A stretch of DNA of 59,688 bases. It comes from a bacterium (lineage in GTDB: Bacteria > Patescibacteriota > WWE3 > UBA101185 > UBA10185). The stretch spans positions 1 to 59,688 of the forward strand of contig DAOPPB010000001.1 in the NCBI GenBank assembly GCA_035358315.1. The letters are read 5' to 3'. Positions 45,495-54,856 of the stretch are shown here, one piece after another. A model generated the notes under the pieces. It was not told the origin of the DNA and made no database searches. It was given only the letters and a program-made list of their open reading frames with translations. Position numbers and translations under genes: made by a program. Positions within the stretch are counted from its first letter, which is position 1, and every line of letters begins with the position of its first letter.

Positions 45495-46880
45495 CTAAAA
45501 TTTCTTTTTTAACTTAAATTCTCCGTTAGAAAGGTCTTCAATGATATATCCAAGACCTTCTATCTGCCTTCTTAAAACATCTGCTTTATCCCAAATACCG
45601 TTTTTTCTGTACTCGCTTCTCATTTTTGCCAATTCTTCCACATTTTTCGGCACTTCTATTCCCACATGCTCCTGAAGTTTTAAACCTAAAAAATTATCCA
45701 TTTCTAAAATGGTATTCAATTTAGAAGCTTCCGATATGTTGCTTTTCACTAATTCCCAAAACACAGCTAAAGCTTCCGGAACATTTAAATCCTCGTTTAA
45801 TCTTTCCAGAAATTTTTTAACATATTTATCGGACGCCTCTGCTTTCGGGTCATATTCATAGCCGGAAACCACTTCAAATATCCTTTTTAGGGAATTTTGA
45901 GCACTTTGCATTGCTCCCCAGGTAAAATTCAAGGGAACTCTGTAATGAGCTGTCATGAAAAAATACTTCAGATCAAGAGGACTAAATCCTCTTTGTTTAA
46001 TATCCGAAAGCGTATAGAAATTACCTAAACTTTTGCTCATTCTTCCGCCATCAACAGTTAAAAAAGCTCCGTGCACCCAATAATTTACAAATTTCTTACC
46101 CGTTGCGCACTCACTCTGAGCAATTTCGTTCTGATGATGAATCATTTTTAAGTCCTCGCCACCGACATGAATATCTATCGAATCCCCAAGCTCCGACAAA
46201 ACCATCGAAGAACACTCTAAGTGCCATCCCGGAAAACCTACACCCCAAGGAGATTGCCATTCCTGCTGTCTCTTTTTATCTTTAGGCGAAAACTTCCATA
46301 AGGCAAAATCGGTAGGATTTTTCTTTTCCGGATTAGGATCTATTCTCGCTCCTTCTTTTATACTCTCAACTGTAAGACCAGAAAGCGCCCCATAATTCGC
46401 AAACTTGGAAGTATCAAAATATATTCCGTCGGAGGTCTCGTAAGTAAAACCTTTTTCCTCCAATGTAAGAATTAAATCAATTTGCTCATCTATGTACTCT
46501 GTGGCTTTGGTAAACTTTCTTGGCTCCATAAGATTCATCTCGTGATATTCCTGCAGAAAACTTTTTGCATACATATCAACTATTTCCCGGGCAGATTTTC
46601 CCTCGTCGGAAGATTTTTGCTCAATTTTATCTTCCCCGCCCTCAGGATCCCCCCCAAACTCATATAAATGACCGACATCGGTCATGTTCATTATGAAATC
46701 CACTTTGTAACCATTCATTTTCAGCACTCTGTATAGAAAATCGGCGAGGGTAAAGGTTCTCCAATTTCCGATCTGCGGATAGTTATAAACCGTGGGACCA
46801 CAGCAATACATCTTAACAGCATCCGGTTCAATAGGTTTAAACTCTTCCACTTGTTTGGTTAAGGAGTTGTATATCTTCAT
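45495..46880 (-). CDS. cysS: Cysteinyl-tRNA synthetase
   Basis: Motifs CGPTVYNYPQIGNWRTF (HIGH-box position), NMTDVGHL, GWHLECS and RMSKSLGN (KMSKS). Confidence 0.94.
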   Translation of the reverse strand: MKIYNSLTKQVEEFKPIEPDAVKMYCCGPTVYNYPQIGNWRTFTLADFLYRVLKMNGYKVDFIMNMTDVGHLYEFGGDPEGGEDKIEQKSSDEGKSAREIVDMYAKSFLQEYHEMNLMEPRKFTKATEYIDEQIDLILTLEEKGFTYETSDGIYFDTSKFANYGALSGLTVESIKEGARIDPNPEKKNPTDFALWKFSPKDKKRQQEWQSPWGVGFPGWHLECSSMVLSELGDSIDIHVGGEDLKMIHHQNEIAQSECATGKKFVNYWVHGAFLTVDGGRMSKSLGNFYTLSDIKQRGFSPLDLKYFFMTAHYRVPLNFTWGAMQSAQNSLKRIFEVVSGYEYDPKAEASDKYVKKFLERLNEDLNVPEALAVFWELVKSNISEASKLNTILEMDNFLGLKLQEHVGIEVPKNVEELAKMRSEYRKNGIWDKADVLRRQIEGLGYIIEDLSNGEFKLKKKF

Positions 46881-46901
46881 ATCGGGTTGAATTTTACCAC
46901 A

Positions 46902-47570
46902 TTAAAGCTTTGAACGCCCTTCTAAAGCCCTGGTCAAAGTGATGTCGTCGGCATATTCAATATCTCCGCCGACGGGAAGTCCTCTGGCAATCCTTGTTAT
47001 TTTTACCCTATCCTCGCTAAATCCGGAGTCTCTTATTAATTTTGATATATACATGGCCGTTGATTCCCCTTCCATACTGGTATTAGTTGCCAGAATAATC
47101 TCAACCATTCCAAAGTCATCAGAGTTGTCCGAAGATTCTTCATTTGTTTGCTCGTTTGGTTTTTCACTTACCAGAGTTTTAATCCTCTCTACAAGCTCTT
47201 TAATAAAAATGTCGTCGGGACCGATATTATTAAGCGGATCAATTATCCCGTGTAAAACATGATAAACGCCTTTAAAGTTGGTCTTTTCTAAAGCAAAAGT
47301 ATCTAATGAGCTCGCCACAACAGCTATTGTCCTTTTATCGCGCATAGGATCGTCACAAACCGAACAAATGTCATATTCCGTAACATTTTTACATATAGAA
47401 CAAAGTTTGGTTTCTTTTTTTAGATTCATAAGATAACCGGAAAATTTTTCAAGCTCTTCCTGAGGAAAATTCAAAAGAGAAAAAGTCAATCTTTGCGCAG
47501 TCTTAGGCCCGATTCCCGGGAGTCTTTCAAAATAGTCTATTAAATTGGATATCGGCTTCGGTAATTTCAT
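46902..47570 (-). CDS. recR: Recombination protein RecR
   Basis: LPGIGPKTAQRL (HhH), Cys4 finger CSICKN...CSVCDD, and Toprim with a short acidic insert. Confidence 0.92.
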   Translation of the reverse strand: MKLPKPISNLIDYFERLPGIGPKTAQRLTFSLLNFPQEELEKFSGYLMNLKKETKLCSICKNVTEYDICSVCDDPMRDKRTIAVVASSLDTFALEKTNFKGVYHVLHGIIDPLNNIGPDDIFIKELVERIKTLVSEKPNEQTNEESSDNSDDFGMVEIILATNTSMEGESTAMYISKLIRDSGFSEDRVKITRIARGLPVGGDIEYADDITLTRALEGRSKL

Positions 47571-47597
47571 AATAACAGGAATTTAAATTTCAGCTTT

Positions 47598-49229
47598 TCA
47601 ACTCATTATAGGCAGACCACCATCAAAAACATCTAAAATTGATTTTTCATTTATATCCTTAGGGTTCACCACATTCAAATCTGTCAGTTTATCAGTATCA
47701 CCATTGGAAAATTTCTTTGGTTTTTCCTTACTCAAAACACACTTGAAATTCAAATCTACACCGAAAACTTCTTCGCTCAGGCCGGCAATTAATCTTCCAA
47801 TACCCGCACTTTCAAGTCTTTCTTTATGAAAAGGATAAAAAACCTCTACTATTATAGATTTTCCTTCTACTCTAATCGGTTTGCATAAATTCAACAAGGC
47901 GGTCAACGAGTGATTTAGATCTTTGCTGCTTCTTACAAACTCGTTCCAATTTTTTTCTACTTTTTTGAAAGAAATCGCAGGTTTCTCACGCTCTTGAACC
48001 TCGTCACCCCTCTCCTTAATAGCTCCCTTTTTCTTCGCCTTTGATGGGCTAAACCCTGTTTTATGTATATCCAAGGTAGAATTTTCCTGGCGGCTATCTT
48101 CAACACTCTTACCGAATCTGCCGAACCCATCACTTTTTTCTTCTGCCTCACTACCCGCTATGTCCGCATCAAAATCCCCCAAACATATCCTCACCACAGC
48201 CATCTCTACCGGCAACTGTGGAATAAAAGAGCTTTTTATATTTTTATGGGCTTCCAACAATATTTCAATAGTTCTATCCAACCATTTCACGTCTACCTTT
48301 TTTGACTGTTCTTTTATTTCATCCAAAACTTCCACGGTAGCATCAGTTACAATATCTGAAACTCCGGATTTGACAAAAAGCATGGATCTCAAATATTTTA
48401 AAAGCTCCCCCACCCAGACATATAAATCTATCCCTTCGTTGTATACTTCCGAAACCGTATTTAAGGCGCCGGAAACATCCGAGTTCAACAAGAAATCTAC
48501 ACATTCAACATATTTCTTTTTGGAACTCAAACTTAAAAGAGTGTTTACATTTATATCCCCTTCATGAACCTGTTCTAATAGAACGCATGCACCTCTGTAA
48601 TCTCCCATAGATGCTTCTGCGATTTTTACCAAATCATCGTTCGATATTTTTATTTCCTCACCTTTCGCCACACCCTTGAGAACGGACACAATTTGCTCTA
48701 TTGTCGGTCTTTTGAATCTGAGAATCTGACAACGCGACTTTATAGTTGACGGAACCTTGTGGTCTTCCGTCGTACAGAGAATAAAAACAGTTTTTTTAGG
48801 AGGCTCTTCCAAAGTCTTTAAAAGTGCGTTAAAAGCCTCGGGAGTGAGCATGTGAACTTCATCTATAATATAAACTTTCATTTTTCCCATCGTTGGAGCC
48901 AGTTTTATCTTATCTTTTAGTTCCCTGATATCGTCAATTCCCCTGTTACTGGCCGCGTCTATCTCCACTAAGTCTATAAAAGAACCTTCCTTTATGGAGA
49001 GGCAATTTGCGCATTTATCACACGGGTCTCCGTTTTCCTTAAGCTTCTCGCAATTAAGGGCTTTTGCCAATATCCTGGCAGTAGTGGTTTTTCCCGTTCC
49101 TCGTGGACCGACCATGAGATAAGCATGAGCGGTCTTACCTGTCTGAACTTGCTTTGCAATAACGCCTGCAACATCACTGGTTTTGCTCATTTCACTGAAT
49201 TTTTGTGGGCGATACTTGGTGTAATACAT
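47598..49229 (-). CDS. dnaX: DNA polymerase III gamma/tau subunit
   Basis: Motifs YRPQKFSEM, GPRGTGKTTTARILAKALNC, the zinc module CDKCANC, and IIDEVHML. Confidence 0.93.
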   Translation of the reverse strand: MYYTKYRPQKFSEMSKTSDVAGVIAKQVQTGKTAHAYLMVGPRGTGKTTTARILAKALNCEKLKENGDPCDKCANCLSIKEGSFIDLVEIDAASNRGIDDIRELKDKIKLAPTMGKMKVYIIDEVHMLTPEAFNALLKTLEEPPKKTVFILCTTEDHKVPSTIKSRCQILRFKRPTIEQIVSVLKGVAKGEEIKISNDDLVKIAEASMGDYRGACVLLEQVHEGDINVNTLLSLSSKKKYVECVDFLLNSDVSGALNTVSEVYNEGIDLYVWVGELLKYLRSMLFVKSGVSDIVTDATVEVLDEIKEQSKKVDVKWLDRTIEILLEAHKNIKSSFIPQLPVEMAVVRICLGDFDADIAGSEAEEKSDGFGRFGKSVEDSRQENSTLDIHKTGFSPSKAKKKGAIKERGDEVQEREKPAISFKKVEKNWNEFVRSSKDLNHSLTALLNLCKPIRVEGKSIIVEVFYPFHKERLESAGIGRLIAGLSEEVFGVDLNFKCVLSKEKPKKFSNGDTDKLTDLNVVNPKDINEKSILDVFDGGLPIMS

Positions 49230-49383
49230 AACTGCCTCTGAACTTTAGTATAGATTTCAGAAACGTGTAAACCCACTAATTTACATTGGATATTTATTAT
49301 TTGATTCTTTTAATTAATCAAGGAAACGGTACGAATTTTTTATGTATTAAAGGAAAAAAAACAGTATTAAAGCCCAGCTTTAA

Positions 49384-49890
49384 TTATTTTGATATTAACG
49401 CAGATATCAAATCTAACCTAGTTATAACACCAAGTTCATTCTCTCCAAAATCCTGCAAAACCCACTCGTCAACCGGAATGTTTTTATCTTCAGGCTTCCC
49501 TATTCCAACCCTAACTCTCCAAAAATCTTTCGTTCCAAGTTTTTTAATTATATCTTCTACCCCATGATGCCCCGCCGAATTTTTTCCTTTTTGTTTTTTT
49601 ATACTGCCTAAAGGAAGATCAACATCATCATGAACAACAATTAAGTCATCGGGAAAAATTTTGTAAAAACTCATTATTTTGGAAACAGCATCTCCGGAAT
49701 TATTCATAAAAGTTTGAGGTTTAACCAAAATTACATCATTGTATTCCGCAATTTCCGAGCCAAATCTTGCCGAATTTTCCCACTCTAACCCTCTTTCTTC
49801 AGCCAACCTATTTAAAACAATAAAACCAGTATTATGCCGGGATTTCTGATATTTTTCACCCGGATTTCCGAGACCGACTATTAATTTCAT
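49384..49890 (-). CDS. pth: Peptidyl-tRNA hydrolase
   Basis: Motifs MKLIVGLGNPGEKYQKSRHNTGF and GHHGVEDI. Confidence 0.93.
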   Translation of the reverse strand: MKLIVGLGNPGEKYQKSRHNTGFIVLNRLAEERGLEWENSARFGSEIAEYNDVILVKPQTFMNNSGDAVSKIMSFYKIFPDDLIVVHDDVDLPLGSIKKQKGKNSAGHHGVEDIIKKLGTKDFWRVRVGIGKPEDKNIPVDEWVLQDFGENELGVITRLDLISALISK

Positions 49891-50195
49891 AATCCCCCAT
49901 CCTCGGGATGATGAATCCCCAATAGATGCAAAACACCGTGGCCAACCAATTCCGATATTTCCTCCTCAAAACCATTTCCATATTTTCCCGCCTGTCTTTT
50001 GGCCTGGTCTTTATTAACAACTATATCTCCAAGATAAAATGAACCATCTTCCTGTTTTTCCCTAATTTCAAAGGACAAAACATCCGTGGGATAATCCCTT
50101 CCCATGTATTTTTTATTCAATTTCTTCATCTCCTCATCATTTGTTATAAAAACTGAGATGAAAGTGTCTTTATCTAAAATATTTCCGGTGTTCAT
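49887..50195 (-). CDS. ybeY: rRNA maturation endoribonuclease YbeY (short form)
   Basis: Motifs PTDVLSF and GHGVLHLLGIHH. Confidence 0.85.
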   Translation of the reverse strand: MNTGNILDKDTFISVFITNDEEMKKLNKKYMGRDYPTDVLSFEIREKQEDGSFYLGDIVVNKDQAKRQAGKYGNGFEEEISELVGHGVLHLLGIHHPEDGGL

Positions 50196-50239
50196 ATAAG
50201 CTTAAACCTTTTAAAACAATAAAACGTATGCAAATTACT

Positions 50240-50584
50240 TTAATTTCCAATCTTTGGATTTTGATTATTCATAGGGCGGGGTGTGTCCAACTCAAAAGGA
50301 AAAAGCTTTGCAAATTCCAGATAAACTTCCAATTCTGCCTTTTCCTTGTCCAGTAAGTCCTTTCTTCCTATTTTCTCATACAACTCAATGTTTTCTTTCC
50401 TATTTTTTACTTCTTTCTTCAAAACTCTAAAAGCATCTTCGTCAGTCAGTTCTTTATGAGAAGACCTAAGCTCAATTTCTTTATTTTTCACCTGGGAAAG
50501 ATAAAACCTCAGTACACCAACTCTTAAAGTATCATTGGCTTTTTGAAATTCAAATAATTTGGACCTCAGTTCATCTATTATCAA
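50240..50584 (-). CDS. GatB/YqeY-domain protein
   Basis: RVGVLRFYLSQVKNKEIE and a helical YqeY-like pattern. Classic rpsU-yqeY adjacency. Confidence 0.75.
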   Translation of the reverse strand: MIIDELRSKLFEFQKANDTLRVGVLRFYLSQVKNKEIELRSSHKELTDEDAFRVLKKEVKNRKENIELYEKIGRKDLLDKEKAELEVYLEFAKLFPFELDTPRPMNNQNPKIGN

Positions 50585-50772
50585 TATTTATTCCTCTCAA
50601 GATAAAACTTTCTCTTAAGTTCTTTATTTTTTTGCCTTTTAACCTCACTGGGCTTTGAATAATGCTCCCTGTCTTTCATCTCCTGAATAATCCCGGACTT
50701 CAAAACTTCTTTATTAAACCTCCTAAGAGCCTGGTCCAAACTTTCTCCGTGTCTGACTTTAATTTTTGTCAT
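50581..50772 (-). CDS. rpsU: 30S ribosomal protein S21
   Basis: Motif KVRHGESLDQALRRFNKEV...HYSKPSE..R. Confidence 0.9.
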   Translation of the reverse strand: MTKIKVRHGESLDQALRRFNKEVLKSGIIQEMKDREHYSKPSEVKRQKNKELKRKFYLERNKY

Positions 50773-51166
50773 ATTATTTCGCTAAGTCTTGGCTTATTTT
50801 TATCAAACTACAAGACAATATGCTAATCCCAAAAACGGGATCCTTAAAAACACCTCCAAACTATCTATTTTTTAATTAAATACACCACAAATTCCCAAAA
50901 TAACATCCTTATGCTACCTCACCACATTGTCATAATTTTTTTGGCACTCAAAAAATATAACTGACAATAATACTAACATTTAACAATCTGTTAGCCTTAA
51001 CATAGTGCACATTCTTATAACATATTAATTTTTCAAACCAACTTGACATTTCTAGTATATACCCAACACTTAAAAATTTGCAAAAACTTATACCACAAAC
51101 AAATAGTTACAGCAATGAGAAAAAGTCGGATTGAGATTTTATTCTTAAAACAACAAAGAAACAGGA

Positions 51167-52324
51167 TTACCAGTTTCTTATATCTTTAAATGTAATAAGG
51201 GTGATTAACAATAGCAAAATCATCATACCGAAATTATGAACTCTTGATTCAAAATCAGGATTTACTCGTTTTTTTGTAATACCCTCGTATATCCTAAAAA
51301 CTACTCTCCCGCCGTCCAAGGCCGGGATGGGTAAGATATTGGTAAAAGCGAATCCTGCCGATATCACTGCAACTGTATCCATTAAGATAAGAGCTCTCTT
51401 TTTACCACCTTCCTGAACTATCATCCCTAAGATATTAACCAAACCTACAGGACCGGTCATGCTGCTCGCAACCGGCTCAATATCCTTTGTTTTTACGGAT
51501 ATACCAATAATCTTTCCCAAAGAGGAAATGGAATAAGATAGCATGTTATAGGTGTGCATCGGACCGGATAGTATTTTTTCAACCGGCTTTTCATAAACTA
51601 TGGATTTTGCCTCTCCCAAATAAACACCGATAATAGCATCCCCTTCATCCGGACTCTCGGGAACATAGGAATCAGGTACTAAGACATACTCTTTTTTCCC
51701 TCTATCTAAAGCTTCATTAATGTTAATTGTTTCCACTTTAACCTCAATTCCCGCTTTTCCATTCAGAGCTTTCCTCAAATCATAAACATTTTTTATATCA
51801 TTTCCATCAATTTTCAAAATTACCTCTCCGGGCTTTATTCCCGCTTTATCTGCCGGGGATTCAGCTTCCACATCAAAGATTACCGTACTATAAGAAAGTT
51901 CTTTTCCGAATTTAAAATGGTGATCAAATATCATCGGGGTGTAAAAACTTCTAAAACCAGTGAAAAAGAAAAATATGTAGTAAAGAAGAAAACTCAATAA
52001 CAGATTCATAAAAACACCTGCGATCAATATCTGTGACTTCTGCCACGGGTTTTTAACAGAAAAACTGTGAGGGTCAAACTCTTCTTTTTCACTTTTTTCA
52101 CCTTCATCTTCACCGGTTATCTTTACAAAACCCCCAAAAGGAATCAAATTAATGGAATAAACAGTATCTCCTATTTTCTTACCGAAAATTCTCGGGGGGT
52201 AGCCAACACCAAATTCCTCTACTCTTACACCGTTTCTCTTTGCAGCGCAGTAATGTCCAAATTCATGAACAACAACGAGAATAGATATTATTACTAAAAC
52301 TATTACAACGGTAATAAGACTCAT
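51167..52324 (-). CDS. rseP: Site-2 (RIP) zinc metalloprotease RseP/M50
   Basis: HEFGHY, an internal PDZ (AGIKPGEVILKIDG), and the C-terminal NILPIPALDGG. Confidence 0.9.
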   Translation of the reverse strand: MSLITVVIVLVIISILVVVHEFGHYCAAKRNGVRVEEFGVGYPPRIFGKKIGDTVYSINLIPFGGFVKITGEDEGEKSEKEEFDPHSFSVKNPWQKSQILIAGVFMNLLLSFLLYYIFFFFTGFRSFYTPMIFDHHFKFGKELSYSTVIFDVEAESPADKAGIKPGEVILKIDGNDIKNVYDLRKALNGKAGIEVKVETININEALDRGKKEYVLVPDSYVPESPDEGDAIIGVYLGEAKSIVYEKPVEKILSGPMHTYNMLSYSISSLGKIIGISVKTKDIEPVASSMTGPVGLVNILGMIVQEGGKKRALILMDTVAVISAGFAFTNILPIPALDGGRVVFRIYEGITKKRVNPDFESRVHNFGMMILLLLITLITFKDIRNW

Positions 52325-52333
52325 AACAAAAAA

Positions 52334-52885
52334 CTAAATAGTCATTAGCTCCTTCTTTTTTTCTTCTCCGATTTTATCCGCCTGATCAATAAAATCCTTA
52401 ACTATTTCCTCAATAAGCTCCTTTTCTTTGAATTTTTCATCTTCTGAAATAGATTTCTCTGAGAACTCTTTTTCTATTTCTTTCATGGCATCCTGTCTGA
52501 TTTTTCTAATGGAATTTTTGCAATTTTCTACTTCTTCAGAAACCTGTTTGGTAAACTCAACTCTTTTCTCCTCAGTTAAAGCCGGTACGCTAACTCTTAC
52601 TCTGTCAGCTTCCTTTACCGCACTGACTCCGAGTCCGCTGTTTCTTAACCCGTTTACTATCAAGTCCAAGACAGTTTTATCCCAAGCCATAATGGCAAGA
52701 TTATGCGGGTCCATAACTGAGATAGAACCAAGTTCCTTTATGGTCAAAAAAGATCCGGGGTATGCCTCAATTGAAACATCGGAAACAAGAGCAGGAGAAA
52801 CCCTTCCTGTTCTTATCTGATTTAATTCCGACACAAGGAAATCAATAGATTTGGAGAGTTTGTTTTTTAATTCGGAGGTATTCAT
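52334..52885 (-). CDS. frr: Ribosome recycling factor
   Basis: Full-length RRF pattern (LNQIRTGRVSPALV ... LTEEKRVEFTKQV). Confidence 0.94.
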   Translation of the reverse strand: MNTSELKNKLSKSIDFLVSELNQIRTGRVSPALVSDVSIEAYPGSFLTIKELGSISVMDPHNLAIMAWDKTVLDLIVNGLRNSGLGVSAVKEADRVRVSVPALTEEKRVEFTKQVSEEVENCKNSIRKIRQDAMKEIEKEFSEKSISEDEKFKEKELIEEIVKDFIDQADKIGEEKKKELMTI

Positions 52886-52911
52886 AACAATGATGATACC
52901 AAAAAGACTAT

Positions 52912-53370
52912 TTATTCTCCAACAGTAAACTTAGCAAATCTTCTGATCTCTATCTTCTCACCTACTTTTGCAATAGTTTCATTCACTAAATCGCTGATTT
53001 TTTTTGATGGGTCTCTGATATAATCAGAGTTTAGAAGACTTTCAACATTTTCGTAATCTTCCGTGCAAACCTGCATTGCCACTTCTTTGCAAAGTTTTTG
53101 AAAATCGTCTGTTCTTGCCACAAAATCGGTCTCACAACTTAAAAGGACCAAGCTGCCTACCTTGCCACTGCTATGTATATACGAATAAACCAACCCGTCT
53201 TCAGCAATTCTATCGGATTTCTTGGCTGCTTTTGAAGCTACCTTTTTCATTAGCTCTTCTTTTGCCTTTTCAAAATCCTCTCCCGTCTTTTCCAAAACAT
53301 CTCTGATCTCCAATATCCCCGCTCCGGTTTCATCTCTTAATTTTTTTATTATTTCTACATTTATTGCCAT
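52912..53370 (-). CDS. tsf: Elongation factor Ts, minimal form
   Basis: IKKLRDETGAGILEIRDVLEK (UBA-like N-terminus) and CETDFVART. It is 152 aa, against about 280 aa in typical bacteria. Confidence 0.85.
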   Translation of the reverse strand: MAINVEIIKKLRDETGAGILEIRDVLEKTGEDFEKAKEELMKKVASKAAKKSDRIAEDGLVYSYIHSSGKVGSLVLLSCETDFVARTDDFQKLCKEVAMQVCTEDYENVESLLNSDYIRDPSKKISDLVNETIAKVGEKIEIRRFAKFTVGE

Positions 53371-53401
53371 ATTTTTTTATTTAAGCAATCTCTCTAAATC
53401 G

Positions 53402-54313
53402 TTAATCATTTTTCTTTTCGCTCTTTTCATCCTCTTTATCCGTGCCAACCTCCTTAATTGCAATTTCGTTCTCCTCTTTTACAGCTTCCTTAACCAACTT
53501 CTCCTCTACATCAACAACTACTTCCTCAGGAACAATCTCCGTTCTCTCCTCCAGCCGATTTTCTTTTTCTTTCATCTCCTCAGCTTCCTCTCTTTCCTTC
53601 TTCTCTTTTTCGGTCTTACCAAATTCCTTGTACCCCTCTTCTACTGCATCCGCTATAGCTCTAACAATTAATGCCACAGATTTTATAGCATCATCATTGC
53701 CCGGAATCGGATAATCTACTTCTGCGGGATTAGCATTTGTGTCAACAATAGAAATTATCGGGACACCTGATCTTCTTGCCTCTCTAACGGCCGTTTTTTC
53801 TCTCTTCGGATCAACAACAAAAAGCACCTCGGGAGCTTTCTTAAGAGAAACTATTCCCCCATAAGCCGCCTGTAGTTTCTCTATCTCCCTATCAATCAAA
53901 AGTCTTTCCTTTTTGGTATAAACCGAAAATTTTCCTTCTTCCTTTCCCTTGATGTGATCAAGAAGTTTATCAATATTCTTTTTTATTGTTTCAAAATTTG
54001 TTATTGTACCGCCCACCCATCTTTCATTTACATAAAGAGCTCCACTTCTCTTTGCCTCGCTCTCTATAATATCCTTCGATTGCTTTTTGGTACCGACAAA
54101 AACAATAGTTTTACCCATAGAGGCTTGCTCATACAGAAAATCACAGGCCTTTTTAAGCATTTCCTCGGTCTTTTCCAAGTCTATTATGTGGATTCCTTTG
54201 CTTACGGTGTATATGTACGGCTCCATTTTAGGATGCCATCTTTTCGTCTGATGCCCGAAATGAACTCCGGCATCAATCATCTCCTGTATTTTCGGTAACT
54301 TATATTTTGCCAT
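53402..54313 (-). CDS. rpsB: 30S ribosomal protein S2 with acidic C-terminal extension
   Basis: Motifs AGVHFGHQTKRWHPKM, VFVGTKKQ and PIISIVDTNANP. It ends in a Glu/Lys-rich tail of about 60 aa. Confidence 0.95.
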   Translation of the reverse strand: MAKYKLPKIQEMIDAGVHFGHQTKRWHPKMEPYIYTVSKGIHIIDLEKTEEMLKKACDFLYEQASMGKTIVFVGTKKQSKDIIESEAKRSGALYVNERWVGGTITNFETIKKNIDKLLDHIKGKEEGKFSVYTKKERLLIDREIEKLQAAYGGIVSLKKAPEVLFVVDPKREKTAVREARRSGVPIISIVDTNANPAEVDYPIPGNDDAIKSVALIVRAIADAVEEGYKEFGKTEKEKKEREEAEEMKEKENRLEERTEIVPEEVVVDVEEKLVKEAVKEENEIAIKEVGTDKEDEKSEKKND

Positions 54314-54698
54314 CTTATTTTTATTTTATTCCGTTTATTTTGAGGGAATTCACAAAAAGATTTTTGGGTTTCCCTCTTTTACTTTTGAAATTAATTTTAC
54401 TTTAAATTTCTCACCCGAGCCCATCTAATTGGGAGAGAGTTTCGGGACATTGGTAAGTTACCACAGGAAGAAAAACTTTGCAATAGTATATGCAAATCTA
54501 AACATCTTTACATCTTATAAATGTCTAATTATAAAAAATGGTGAAAGTAAATAAAAATTAAAACCGGTGCAAAAATGAAAATAGAGATATTTTGTGCTAT
54601 CATCACAGGTATAAATAAAGAGGCGGGATCTAGAAGAAAGGGAGAGATGAAAAGCTTCCGTATTAGATTTTTTAAAAAAACTAAAATAGAAGATTAGG

Positions 54699-54711
54699 AA
54701 GGAGGTGATCC
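54699..54711 (+). promoter_or_regulatory. 13-nt perfect complement of the canonical 16S rRNA 3' tail (AAGGAGGTGATCC)
   Basis: Exact string read in the topA-rpsB spacer. No canonical start codon lies 5-10 nt downstream. A second purine block, AAAGGAGGAAGCCATCC, is at 54786-54802. Confidence 0.4.
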
Positions 54712-54856
54712 GATTCTCTGTTTTTCTGTGCGATATGTGTTCAACGGGAACAAAACTATCGCATTATAATGAAAATATATAGAGAAAGGAGGAAGCCATC
54801 CTATCATTAAACAAAAACCCGCCTCTTTTTTCTTACATATATCTACCGACTTGTTG

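Noticed and set aside
54699-54711. Fragment of a 16S rRNA gene 3' end on the minus strand
   Set aside because: Only the terminal 13 nt match. The adjacent sequence (…cagagaatc) does not resemble the conserved helix 45 / GTAACAAGGTAGCCGTA region, so it is not an rRNA gene remnant.
54620-54831. Calling a discrete ~210-nt structured RNA closed by GAGGCGGG / CCCGCCTC plus a T-run
   Set aside because: An 8-bp long-range complement is expected by chance about twice in a 540-bp spacer, and I cannot fold or test covariation here. It is mentioned only as context for the 13-nt motif.
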